IMG/VR virus record: IMGVR_UViG_3300005805_000064
Coordinates: 1-64,000 of that record
DNA length: 64,000 bases
Origin: a virus
Lineage: Duplodnaviria; Caudoviricetes
Reading direction: 5' to 3' (one strand)
The notes under the pieces were generated by a model. The model was not told the origin of the DNA and searched no databases. It saw only the letters and a list, made by a program, of their open reading frames with translations. This document shows positions 35,301 through 45,462 of this stretch, one piece after another. A program made the translations under genes and the position numbers. How positions within the stretch are numbered: position 1 is the first letter of the stretch; each line of letters starts with the position of its first letter.

Positions 35301-36610
35301 CAGTAGTCAAACTCATCATTTAAATTATTCTTAGTCATGTAATCTTGCATGTTTTTATGCTCAGGGAAAACAGCAAAGAAGTTTTCTTTTCTAATACTAT
35401 CTAGTTTTCTGGTAATCCTACTAAAGAACTTCAGACTTTCATGTAAATTTGGTTCTCTGTTGACATCGCTGTACATAAAATTAATAGCATTTTCATATCT
35501 ACTTATTGCGCTGGAATGTACGCTGTATCTTTTCAACCATTCGATGTGACTTAAAAACAGTAATTCTATCTCACGCTTTTTCCATTCCGGAATGTTTTTC
35601 AAGCAGTAATAAGGAGGGGTATCTAATGGGTTGATCATAATATTGTCATGACCTATTAATCCCAATTCTACCCATTCTTTATGAAAGTCTACGAGGTTGT
35701 GGGAGTTCGGCCAACTCAATGTATACGATATATTAAATTGAACATGCGGCACTAATGCTAGCATGGACAGTCTATTACTGACCACCGTAGGCCAATCAGT
35801 GCCGCTACGCCAGTACTCTCCCCTGCTATGGCTTCCATCAAGGCTAGCGTTGACACTGACATTTTTAAATTTTTTCCAATATTCGATAACATTATCATAA
35901 TTCTTTAACTTCAACAAACTAAAGTTAGTGTTATATCTAATCTCAATGTCTGTATTACCTATCTCAATCAACTTGTTCAATACTTCATAATGTTCTTTTT
36001 GCATCAGTGGTTCACCACCTGCAAAATATATGATCTCAGCCGTGCTTAGATGGGGTATTATTTCTTCTAATGCTTGTACTTCAGTCGAACCTGGATATTG
36101 AAAACCATCATCAATTTCTAGTTTTTCAGTTCGATTATATAACTTTCTGTGGTCGCTGACCCAACTAGTGCTGTAATGAGGGGCGCAGCTGCGGCACTTC
36201 AAGTTGCAAAGGTTGTTGAACCGTACATCAATATAATATAGTTTATGTTCATCTACGGTGCCGTCGCTCTTAGTGCTAGCCACTATCTCTTGTATAGCAG
36301 GATTCTCTTCAAAAAATCTTTTATTGTAAGAATTATAAAAAGCGTCCCCTAATTCAGCGCGGTTATTACAAATACTACAGTTAGGATGTTGTTCACCTTT
36401 TAAAAATTGTAATCTCAAAGTTTTAGTATTCTCGTTATTCCATATCTCTTTCAATGTGTTTTGTTTTAGACTACCTAGTTCTGCTTTCCAATCGTATACA
36501 CAACAAGGTTTTACATCTCCCGGCGGACCTACATATTGATGAACCCATGGAAATATACAAAAAGTTTTGCTGGATTTTGCCATTTCTAAAGGATTAAAAT
36601 TATTTTCCAT
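35300..36610 (-). CDS. Radical SAM enzyme, N-terminal twitch-like domain (CxxPW type)
   Basis: CIFPW...KPCC...CSIC; CNLKCRSC; GGEP. Confidence 0.92.
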   Translation of the reverse strand: MENNFNPLEMAKSSKTFCIFPWVHQYVGPPGDVKPCCVYDWKAELGSLKQNTLKEIWNNENTKTLRLQFLKGEQHPNCSICNNRAELGDAFYNSYNKRFFEENPAIQEIVASTKSDGTVDEHKLYYIDVRFNNLCNLKCRSCAPHYSTSWVSDHRKLYNRTEKLEIDDGFQYPGSTEVQALEEIIPHLSTAEIIYFAGGEPLMQKEHYEVLNKLIEIGNTDIEIRYNTNFSLLKLKNYDNVIEYWKKFKNVSVNASLDGSHSRGEYWRSGTDWPTVVSNRLSMLALVPHVQFNISYTLSWPNSHNLVDFHKEWVELGLIGHDNIMINPLDTPPYYCLKNIPEWKKREIELLFLSHIEWLKRYSVHSSAISRYENAINFMYSDVNREPNLHESLKFFSRITRKLDSIRKENFFAVFPEHKNMQDYMTKNNLNDEFDY

Positions 36611-37895
36611 ACTTTATTAAATCCACATATAATTCGGGAAATATCTGCATGAAACTTTCATTTCTCAATAGATCAAGTTGCGTTGTCTTTTCAAAAAATC
36701 TAGGTATCATATGACTTTCATCTGCACTGTTCATCAAAGTAATCGCACTTTGCCAATGTTCCATATATACCGGATAATCAAAATTTCTAGGTTGTGTCTT
36801 TTCAAGCCATTCGATGTGATTTTTAATCTTTTCTGTAACTCGTTTTTTAGTCTCTGATGGTAATACGGTAGTTCTTATATACTCAGGAAAATGCAACACA
36901 TTAAGATTAAATCCAAATGTATCTCCTGTATGCTTTTTAAATAAATCATTCTCGCAAATATATCTATGTAGGTCTATAGCAGCCTCACAGTTTAACAAAC
37001 TATATACCGCACTGATGCCAAAATCTATGGTAGGTATGTATTCTTTACAAGTCTTTATCCAATCTAATGCTAATTGCCAATCAAATCCTTTTCTAATATA
37101 TTCACCTTTAGCACCCATAGCGTCTATGCTACCTATTATAAAAACATTTTCAAAATGTTTTAGTAGTTCAAACGCATTATAGTTTTTTAACTTGTATGTG
37201 CTTAGGTTAGTATTATATCTGATTTTTACTTTTGTTTGCCCCATCTCTATCAAAAGTTTTAAGAATTCATAATGCTCTTCTTGCATCATAGGTTCTCCAC
37301 CACTGAAATGTATTTCAGTGTATGGATCTACCATGCCTACTAAATTAACTAAATCATCTTTCATATGTGCGATTTGATCATTGGTGATCAATGTAGGCAC
37401 TGGATTTCCTAATTTAATCGCATCAGCCGCCCAACTAGTGCTAAGTCCTGGACCACAACTACGACACTTAAAATTACAAAGATTGTTAAAGATTAGGTCT
37501 ATCGTGGCTAATTTTATGTCACCTACACTACCGTCTGGTAAAGTAGTACTATGTATATCTTCAAATTTATTATGGTATTTTTGATTTGTATAGTCAGGCC
37601 AGTGCTGATACCTTTCATTAAACCGTTGACGCATACTAACTATACCGCTATCCTCTTCTTTCCAACAACGAAAACATGCGCTAGGTCTTTTACCTTCTAA
37701 AAATTGTTTTCTAAGATCATTCCATTTTTCGTTATGAAAAATATTTTTAAGTTTATCTTCTTTCCAATTACCTAATTTATGAGGAGTCTGATGGCTATAA
37801 TAGCAACAAGGCATCACTTTACCATCTGGTTCAGTGTGTATCTGCAACCACGGCACACTACAAAAATTTTTAGGATATTGATTATCTTGATTCAT
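36600..37895 (-). CDS. Radical SAM enzyme, N-terminal twitch-like domain (CxxPW type)
   Basis: CSVPW...MPCC...CFRCW; CNFKCRSC; GGEP. Confidence 0.92.
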   Translation of the reverse strand: MNQDNQYPKNFCSVPWLQIHTEPDGKVMPCCYYSHQTPHKLGNWKEDKLKNIFHNEKWNDLRKQFLEGKRPSACFRCWKEEDSGIVSMRQRFNERYQHWPDYTNQKYHNKFEDIHSTTLPDGSVGDIKLATIDLIFNNLCNFKCRSCGPGLSTSWAADAIKLGNPVPTLITNDQIAHMKDDLVNLVGMVDPYTEIHFSGGEPMMQEEHYEFLKLLIEMGQTKVKIRYNTNLSTYKLKNYNAFELLKHFENVFIIGSIDAMGAKGEYIRKGFDWQLALDWIKTCKEYIPTIDFGISAVYSLLNCEAAIDLHRYICENDLFKKHTGDTFGFNLNVLHFPEYIRTTVLPSETKKRVTEKIKNHIEWLEKTQPRNFDYPVYMEHWQSAITLMNSADESHMIPRFFEKTTQLDLLRNESFMQIFPELYVDLIKYGK

Positions 37896-38989
37896 ATTAA
37901 TTTTATAATCTCGGTCAATACTTTTTCATGATTAGTATTTCTAGTTTGATCTATAGCAGTAAATAATTTCTGTGCGAGGGGAAACAATTCGGACTTATCT
38001 TCTCCGGTCATTAACTGCGTCTTGAATTTGTCTTGTATCTCTAAAAATTTAGGATCATTAGTAGGCAATATATTATCAAACACTCGCTTTAAAATGATTT
38101 GCTTACTCTTCAACGGAATTACATCTACGCTTTGTTCTTCTGGATAAACTAATTTATTCATATGTACGCTGTCTAGATTTGGATATGAAGTATATATCCA
38201 GTTATACCAATCTGCAAACCACAATGCATTCATCCATGTAAGAGCATATTGAAAGTTAATCTTAAATCTATGATCTTGTAGTTGGTAGTAGCGGTCTATA
38301 TTATCCTTGACTTCTGCCCATTTACCATTAGATCGGATGTATTCAAATATATCATCCGTGCCGTCTATACTGAATCCTAATCCAACAAATCTAAATATCC
38401 TCGAATACTCTTGCAATTTAGGTTTATACATAGTACCATTAGTAAGCATTGAAATCGCAGTAGTACTAGCATAAGGTTGTTCAGATAACCAATCTAAAAA
38501 TTCAAATATCAAAGGATTGATTAGTGGTTCCCCACCTAATATATTAATATTAATATATGGATAAGTGTTTTGTTTCAGTGCTGTTTTTATAAATTCTAAT
38601 TTACTAGGTCCCTGTTCACTTATAATTCTGTATAATTTTTGAGAGTTTTTACTTTCATTAGCGATTTGAGTGCTATATCTAGGACTACAGTAAGTACATC
38701 TTAAATTACATAGATTATCAAAAGATACAGTTATTCTTAGTTCGTCATCTCGTATAGTGTCTTCTGCTTCTTTTCTTTGGCTGAATGGATTACCATTTTT
38801 TTCAAGATCGATGCAGTACTTGCAATTTGTTTCAATATCCATTTTAGATAATTGATCATAATATTCGTCTACAGTAGTAGCATCAATATTAGTTTTAAAA
38901 TAGCAACAGGGGCGGTAGGGCTTTTCATCATTGCTAATGAAAAGCCACTGCTTGTGTGCCTTGCAATTTTTATATGGGGTTAAATCCAT
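37892..38989 (-). CDS. Radical SAM enzyme, short divergent N-terminal twitch-like domain
   Basis: CKAHKQW...RPCC...CKYC; CNLRCTYC; GGEP. Confidence 0.9.
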   Translation of the reverse strand: MDLTPYKNCKAHKQWLFISNDEKPYRPCCYFKTNIDATTVDEYYDQLSKMDIETNCKYCIDLEKNGNPFSQRKEAEDTIRDDELRITVSFDNLCNLRCTYCSPRYSTQIANESKNSQKLYRIISEQGPSKLEFIKTALKQNTYPYININILGGEPLINPLIFEFLDWLSEQPYASTTAISMLTNGTMYKPKLQEYSRIFRFVGLGFSIDGTDDIFEYIRSNGKWAEVKDNIDRYYQLQDHRFKINFQYALTWMNALWFADWYNWIYTSYPNLDSVHMNKLVYPEEQSVDVIPLKSKQIILKRVFDNILPTNDPKFLEIQDKFKTQLMTGEDKSELFPLAQKLFTAIDQTRNTNHEKVLTEIIKLI

Positions 38990-40269
38990 CCATTAAGTTC
39001 CTTGAATACTTCACTAAAATTTCGTTCTCTACGCTTATCGTATTCTGTTGTGAATTTTCTAAACTGGTCTGTGCGCCAATCTCTTTCTACATCATTCATA
39101 GTAGTCTTGCGAGCCTTCCAGAAATCATAGACCATAGCCCATGTCTCTTTTTCTACGCTCTTGATGAGACTATCATTTTCTTTCATGAAGTTATTTGTAT
39201 CTTCAAAATAACTATCGGCACTATCAGGTAATATGCGCAAATCAAACTGCTTAGGATCGACTAGCCGTGCGCAGTTGAACATGATGTCGATACCATCTTT
39301 TCTAAACTCAATGACCTTCTTGATGAATGTCTTAAAGTTGAACACACTCAACAATCCAAATGTGACCATGATTCTGATAGGTACATGGAATGTAGTGCTG
39401 ACTTTGCGAACAGTATCTTCCCACTGTGCTACATCAAGCCCGTCGCGGATATACTCTGCTTGTGGACCCCATGTATCCATGCTAGTATATACTTCAAGAC
39501 CTTTGATAGTCTTAGCATTCAACAATGTCGTTGCCTTCTCAAAGAACATCTTTAAGTTCTTTTCAGGTACACACAAGTTAGTGTTGATCACTAGTGTTAA
39601 GTTAGGGTTATGGTTCTGTGCTACGAAATCAAGCAACTTCATGAAGTTGCGTGTGGCAAGTGGTTCGCCACCTGTGATTCTAAGATAGCGCAAATCTTTA
39701 TACGCATCAGGTAACCACTTCCAGAATGCATCGATATAAGGGTTATCATCTTCTGGTAGCATGTCGTGCATCTTGTCTTTATGCACAGTCGGGTCTTCGA
39801 TAGGATAACTACCGAACTTGCGTACTTCATGCTCCCATCGTGAACTCTGTCCCGGGCTGCAATAACTGCAAGCAAAGTTACAAGTGTTTGCGAAACTGAT
39901 CTCTAAGTAACTAGGATTGATAGGCTTGTCATATGGCGCGTTGAGTATCTCTGCTCTGCGCTCAATAGCCCATGGTTCGTTGGTGAATCGTTTTCTATCG
40001 CTGATGACATCAGGATTGATCGCTTCCATGTCAAAGCAATAATAACATTCTTTTGGCTTCTCGCCGTTCAACATCTGTCTACGCTGTTCGATCTTATGAC
40101 CAGTGTTGTGTAGTGCTGAAGGATCTTTGTCAGTCTCTTCACGCTTCCAACGATGTATGGGTGGGTGATAGCAACTATGGTTCTCACCCATGCCAAAATG
40201 CATAGTGACCATTAGCCACTTTGCTGCACAAAAACTATCTTTAATCTTGATTGGAATCTCTACACTCAT
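38980..40269 (-). CDS. Radical SAM enzyme, N-terminal twitch-like domain (CxxKW type)
   Basis: CAAKW...SCYHP...CYYCF; CNFACSYC; GGEP. Confidence 0.92.
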   Translation of the reverse strand: MSVEIPIKIKDSFCAAKWLMVTMHFGMGENHSCYHPPIHRWKREETDKDPSALHNTGHKIEQRRQMLNGEKPKECYYCFDMEAINPDVISDRKRFTNEPWAIERRAEILNAPYDKPINPSYLEISFANTCNFACSYCSPGQSSRWEHEVRKFGSYPIEDPTVHKDKMHDMLPEDDNPYIDAFWKWLPDAYKDLRYLRITGGEPLATRNFMKLLDFVAQNHNPNLTLVINTNLCVPEKNLKMFFEKATTLLNAKTIKGLEVYTSMDTWGPQAEYIRDGLDVAQWEDTVRKVSTTFHVPIRIMVTFGLLSVFNFKTFIKKVIEFRKDGIDIMFNCARLVDPKQFDLRILPDSADSYFEDTNNFMKENDSLIKSVEKETWAMVYDFWKARKTTMNDVERDWRTDQFRKFTTEYDKRRERNFSEVFKELNGWI

Positions 40270-41444
40270 AATATTTCACCTAATTCTGGTATGTAATCTT
40301 TATAACTTAAGTTTCTTGCTTTGTCTACTGCGTTGATAAACTGGCTTGCTTTCGTTAATAGTTTAGGATCATGCTCGACCTGCAACTTAGCATACAATTC
40401 ATTACGCTGCCAGTCATGTAATTTATCAACATAATAATCCTTGACTTTCTGTTTGTAACTCTCTGGTAATGCAGCGAGGCTCAGATAGTCTGGATACAAT
40501 ACATAATTGTGATGCGGAATCTTGTTGTAATTTTTCTCTAACCAAGTATTTAATGTATCCAATGTCAGTATGTTTAATATGCTCACAGTCTGTGTGACAT
40601 GCCAATATACATTGCTTACTTTGTTTAATTTCTCAATGCTAGTAACTGTCTCATCCCACTGTGTAGGATATCTGATATAATAGTTTCTAATATCATAATC
40701 GTCTATACTTGCGTTGACTGTTACCTTCATGAATGACTTCCACAATTCTATCAGATTGTCAGGAATATCCATCATGTTTAGGCTATATACAAGATGCACT
40801 TTTTTGCTTGTGCCGTTATTGATTAGATTTTCTAAGTAGCGATAATGTGCTTTGATCAATGTTGGCTCGCCACCATTGATATAAATCTCTTCTACGCCTT
40901 CGCTATATTTCGTCAACTCGTCATAGAACTCAGGATCTTCGAACCATTTAAAGTTCTCTACAGGTCTAAGTTTGAACCAGGGTAGTTCTCGGGCTATCTT
41001 CTTTTCATCTGGATACCACTTACTGCTGCTGTAACTATTGCAAGTCAAACAGGCATTATTACATACATTGCCTAATCTTAATTCAATATAACGATAATTA
41101 GGACGCTTGATGTATGCTGTCTTTTCTAATTCTTCTATGATATGTGCCCAACGCTCATTCTCATATTGTCTTTTACTTTTTAAACCTTTATCTTCATCGC
41201 TCCAGCATCCTTCACATTCTACTGGGCGTTTGCCATCTATCATGGCTTGACGCACTTCTATAAACTTCTTGCTATTGATGATATCATTTAAACTGCTATC
41301 ATCTAATAGTGCGAGGCTTTCAGTATTGTCTTTCTTTGCCCAACTGATAGCGTTATTGTGGTTGCTGCGGCAGCACAGGCTACACCCACCGTTTGGGTGG
41401 GTAGCAAGATGCATCCAAGGCAATACACATAATGTATTAGACAT
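40266..41444 (-). CDS. Radical SAM enzyme, N-terminal twitch-like domain (CxxPW type)
   Basis: CVLPW...LCC...CEGCW; CNNACLTC; GGEP; start moved to MSNTLC. Confidence 0.92.
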   Translation of the reverse strand: MSNTLCVLPWMHLATHPNGGCSLCCRSNHNNAISWAKKDNTESLALLDDSSLNDIINSKKFIEVRQAMIDGKRPVECEGCWSDEDKGLKSKRQYENERWAHIIEELEKTAYIKRPNYRYIELRLGNVCNNACLTCNSYSSSKWYPDEKKIARELPWFKLRPVENFKWFEDPEFYDELTKYSEGVEEIYINGGEPTLIKAHYRYLENLINNGTSKKVHLVYSLNMMDIPDNLIELWKSFMKVTVNASIDDYDIRNYYIRYPTQWDETVTSIEKLNKVSNVYWHVTQTVSILNILTLDTLNTWLEKNYNKIPHHNYVLYPDYLSLAALPESYKQKVKDYYVDKLHDWQRNELYAKLQVEHDPKLLTKASQFINAVDKARNLSYKDYIPELGEIL

Positions 41445-42120
41445 ATTTGATTGATATCTCAGAAGGCGGATTTTCAAATCCTTTTAATTGCGCTACGATT
41501 TTCCCATTGAATTTATCATCATGATTAATAATGTGATCATATAGGTTAGTTAAAGCCTGACCATATAATACGGGATCATTATAGATAAAAAATGGACATA
41601 CTGCGCTAAAGGTGACTTTTTTAGTTCTTGACCTTGCCATGCTAGTCATTAAATGTGTAGCAAATGATTTTCCTGCAGGATATCCCACACCTGCACCAAA
41701 ATGATTTCTTTCATATTCAAAGGCCATACTTGAACTCATGAATACTACCTTGCTGCCTTCTGTCAGATTGTTATATAATACTGAAATTATTAAATGCGGT
41801 AGTATGACATGAGCAGTCATAGTTTGACTATATCTACTGACTACAGGCTCCGAAAACAATTGATCTACTGTGTCCGGGTATCCAGCACCGTTTTGGTTAA
41901 ATAAAATCAAGTCTATACTAGGCATATCTATTGTAATTTGTTGAACAATAGATTTAGTATTTTCAGTGTTATTATAATCTATAACCCTGTCATCAGTATT
42001 TCCGGTATTATGATCACGGTGTGATAATACAATCACACGATGTCCGTTTGCTCTGGCTTTTTTAACAAAATCGTTTCCGAATTTTCCCGGGGTGCCGCCA
42101 CCTAAAACAACTATATTCAT
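41437..42120 (-). CDS. Short-chain dehydrogenase/reductase
   Basis: VLGGGTPGKFG, ILFNQNG, FMSSS, YPAGK (YxxxK). Confidence 0.75.
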   Translation of the reverse strand: MNIVVLGGGTPGKFGNDFVKKARANGHRVIVLSHRDHNTGNTDDRVIDYNNTENTKSIVQQITIDMPSIDLILFNQNGAGYPDTVDQLFSEPVVSRYSQTMTAHVILPHLIISVLYNNLTEGSKVVFMSSSMAFEYERNHFGAGVGYPAGKSFATHLMTSMARSRTKKVTFSAVCPFFIYNDPVLYGQALTNLYDHIINHDDKFNGKIVAQLKGFENPPSEISIKYV

Positions 42121-43514
42121 ATATTATCCCACCATTGTAGTAATTTTGCATTTCTGCTATAGATATCACGCAATGTCAACTTAGCATCGCGGATTTGTTC
42201 TAATCTGTGTACCCATCCTTTACCATTCTTTGCTGCTTGCCTGAATGTATCGGGCCATTCTTCTTCGTGCGTCTTTCTAGTGTTCTTCAATGCTTCTAAG
42301 TTTGCGATCAATGTGCCATGACGCCATTCGTCTGCTCTAGGTCTGATATATTCAAGTATATCGTCACATACTTCATTCAATACTTCTCTAGGCCAACTAG
42401 TCGGGCTCCACATGATATCAGGATGGAATGCGAATGTGATCTTTGTCTCAATCTTGACACCTAGTTCATTGCTCAAATCAAACAAGTCTTTTAGTGAGAA
42501 CATGCCCGGTGCTGTGATAGTCAAATCAAGAACCATCTTTTGTCTTCCGCCGGGTAATTCACATCCACGCTTGAAATTCTCAAGCCATTTATCCCACTTG
42601 ATACCTGTGCGTATATACTCAACGATATCACCAGTGCCGTCGATGCTTGCGCACATCATCCAGTCTTTGAAGTGCGGTAGATAATCATATAGATTCTTAG
42701 TTCCAAATTGAACACGGCTCAAGTTACTGTTATATCTTAGATAGCAATTCTTTGCGCTACCATTGCGTAGCATCTCTTCTAATGTCCACCAATGCACATC
42801 GTACATCAATGGCTCACCACCTACCCAATACATTTCTTCAACTATGCCGCGACTGACAGCATCACGGAACTCTGGTTCTACTACTTCTGTCTGAAACTTC
42901 TCCATAGCATTCTTGATTTCTGGTACCATGAATGGTTGATGCTTAGGAGTCCACATATTGTGAATCTTCTTTTCAGTTTCCCATGTTGAACTTAATTGCT
43001 CACCACACATGCGGCACTTGAAATTGCATAGATTGCTGAAACGATAATCGAATGATATAGGTTCCATAGTAGTGTAGCCTGTGTCATCTGTCTTATCAAA
43101 TGCTTCTTGTATCTTATGTTTGAACAATGTGCCTGTGAACCAACCACGATAACTATGACCTTCCATCAATAGATTCTTATTGCATACATCACACTGTGGA
43201 ATCTCTTCTCCGCGCATGAGTTTGACACGGATATCACGCATGTATTCACTGTTCCAATGTTCTTTTAATGACAATGGTTTATACTTATCTACGGATGTCT
43301 CGCTATCCTTTGTCTTGCCATAGCGTTCATCATTGCTGCTGTCGATATATTGTTTTTGGAAACTATGTTCTTCTCTGCTTGCGCAACATAGTCTGCGTTC
43401 GCTTTGAGGGCTTATATAGGTATGCGTCCATGGAGCCATGCAAAAGACTTTATTTTGACTGTCTTTTGCAGGCTTCGCATCATCTCCCCATATAGGAATT
43501 ATTTTGTTGTCCAT
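42117..43514 (-). CDS. Radical SAM enzyme, N-terminal twitch-like domain (CxxPW type)
   Basis: CMAPW...LCC...CDVC; CNFKCRMC; GGEP. Confidence 0.92.
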   Translation of the reverse strand: MDNKIIPIWGDDAKPAKDSQNKVFCMAPWTHTYISPQSERRLCCASREEHSFQKQYIDSSNDERYGKTKDSETSVDKYKPLSLKEHWNSEYMRDIRVKLMRGEEIPQCDVCNKNLLMEGHSYRGWFTGTLFKHKIQEAFDKTDDTGYTTMEPISFDYRFSNLCNFKCRMCGEQLSSTWETEKKIHNMWTPKHQPFMVPEIKNAMEKFQTEVVEPEFRDAVSRGIVEEMYWVGGEPLMYDVHWWTLEEMLRNGSAKNCYLRYNSNLSRVQFGTKNLYDYLPHFKDWMMCASIDGTGDIVEYIRTGIKWDKWLENFKRGCELPGGRQKMVLDLTITAPGMFSLKDLFDLSNELGVKIETKITFAFHPDIMWSPTSWPREVLNEVCDDILEYIRPRADEWRHGTLIANLEALKNTRKTHEEEWPDTFRQAAKNGKGWVHRLEQIRDAKLTLRDIYSRNAKLLQWWDNI

Positions 43515-44239
43515 TGTAGTTCTCGTAGTTTAGGTAATACTAAATGATTTACTATAGATTGGTGCCCTTCAATAGTAGGATGAGTAGTCTGATCGTACTG
43601 ATTAATATCTAACACATATTGATCTATACCATATGCTTTGCCATTTCTTTTATATGCGACAATTTCACAGTTAATAGGAAATTCTGAAAAATCAATGTCG
43701 TCAGCAGTAGCATTATTATGCAACCCCAGCAAAAACAGAAATTTGTTATTACCTGTTTTAAATGCTTCTGATAGCAAGTTCGTTTGAAAAGATAAAAATC
43801 TAGCATTATCTTGCCAAGAGGTATTTACCTCATGAGGCCATATATCTGCAATCCATCGATAGTGTGTCTTAAAACCTGACAAAACATATTTTCTTCCATA
43901 TATCTCATGAGTTTTTAACGGCATATCTTCGGTTGATTCTAGATACTTGAATAGATCGTATGCTTTAAAAAAATCATAACCGTGCGTCCCGGAAGTAATA
44001 TCCAAATCTTCTCTTCTTATATGGGTAGATTGAAATATTATCAGACAATTTTCAAAAGTTATTTTTTCATAAGCCCAAATAGCATAAAAATTGTTTAGTA
44101 TAGTTTTATTAGATGCCCCGGGAACAGTGAACTTCACTAATGATTTGCCTAACAAATTAGATAGGTAATCAGCCCAACTCAATTTGTAGTCAGTAAAACT
44201 ATCACCTATCGCAACAATAGTGTCTCTAATCAATCTCAT
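43499..44239 (-). CDS. SGNH-like protein
   Basis: AIGDSFT, PGASN, DQTTHPTIEGH. Confidence 0.75.
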   Translation of the reverse strand: MRLIRDTIVAIGDSFTDYKLSWADYLSNLLGKSLVKFTVPGASNKTILNNFYAIWAYEKITFENCLIIFQSTHIRREDLDITSGTHGYDFFKAYDLFKYLESTEDMPLKTHEIYGRKYVLSGFKTHYRWIADIWPHEVNTSWQDNARFLSFQTNLLSEAFKTGNNKFLFLLGLHNNATADDIDFSEFPINCEIVAYKRNGKAYGIDQYVLDINQYDQTTHPTIEGHQSIVNHLVLPKLRELQWTTK

Positions 44240-45462
44240 AAATTAATACCTGAATTTGAATATAGACTTAAATCCGTACTGTACATCTCTTTATAATTTT
44301 TACCCCAGTTATCTTTATTATATCCATATTGCGACATTAAATCTGCCCATTCCGGAAAAACATCTAGGAAAGATTCGCGCCGCCTGATATCAAATTTCAT
44401 CAAATGATTTATTGCTATAGGCATGAGATTAGTCCAATCTTTACTGAACATATAATTAATCATACCATCGACATCACCTTTATCATGCCACACTCTAGTT
44501 TTCATTTCTTGCAAATATTTCGCTGCCTTTTCTTTTTCATGTTGTGGTAATACATGCAGCGTATATTCTTTAGAATACACTACCGTATTATTGTACATTC
44601 CTTTAGGATCTATCGCATATAATTCTTCTAACAAATCACCCCATTTATATAATATGGGCCAAGCAATAGTAGTGATGTAAGTTCTTTTTATAGGTAAATC
44701 GGCATCTCTGACTAATTTAATATTCTGTATAATGTCATTCCAATCAGTACCGTAGCGCCAATAACCATGACCGGGGCCCGCAGCATCGACACTCATTCTA
44801 AAATCTATTTCATCAAAATGTTTCCATTTATCAAAAATATGTTGACCTTTAAAAGTCAACTGACTTACATTAGAATAATAATTTAATTTAGGTTTGTATC
44901 CATTCTTAATAAAGAAATCAAGCAACTCCCAATGTTGCCAATGCAATAATGGTTCGCCGCCGCTAAATGTTATTCTTCGTATTGTGTGAGCATGTTTTTT
45001 AACTTGATCTAAAACAAAACCCTCATATGGACCCGGTGTTCTGTGTACTTCATATGTATGATTATCTTTTTCTTCATACATCTTGTTTTCATGTGCTATT
45101 CGTGAACTTACATGATCGTAGCAAATTCTGCACTTTGAGTTACACAAATTAGAAAATCTAACCTCTACATGATGTATTTCATCTTTATAATATACATCCT
45201 CTTCAAAATGATTTACTTTGTCTTTGCGTTCACTGCCTAAACCCATATCTTCAAGATAATAACAGGCATTGCAGCGGCTAGGACGCTCATCTCTTAGATG
45301 TTGCTCTCTTAATTCTTTTAAGAAAGGGTCGGCACGGTATTCATCTATAGTGATGGTGTCTTTATTTGTTGTTATGAAAGGACATATACCTACGGTTCCT
45401 GCCATAGAATAATGTATTGCCCCGAAAGGCATAGGGCAACGATTTTTATATTCTGTAGTCAT
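44236..45462 (-). CDS. Radical SAM enzyme, N-terminal twitch-like domain (CxxPF variant)
   Basis: CPMPF...ICP...CNACY; CNSKCRIC; GGEP. Confidence 0.92.
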   Translation of the reverse strand: MTTEYKNRCPMPFGAIHYSMAGTVGICPFITTNKDTITIDEYRADPFLKELREQHLRDERPSRCNACYYLEDMGLGSERKDKVNHFEEDVYYKDEIHHVEVRFSNLCNSKCRICYDHVSSRIAHENKMYEEKDNHTYEVHRTPGPYEGFVLDQVKKHAHTIRRITFSGGEPLLHWQHWELLDFFIKNGYKPKLNYYSNVSQLTFKGQHIFDKWKHFDEIDFRMSVDAAGPGHGYWRYGTDWNDIIQNIKLVRDADLPIKRTYITTIAWPILYKWGDLLEELYAIDPKGMYNNTVVYSKEYTLHVLPQHEKEKAAKYLQEMKTRVWHDKGDVDGMINYMFSKDWTNLMPIAINHLMKFDIRRRESFLDVFPEWADLMSQYGYNKDNWGKNYKEMYSTDLSLYSNSGINL

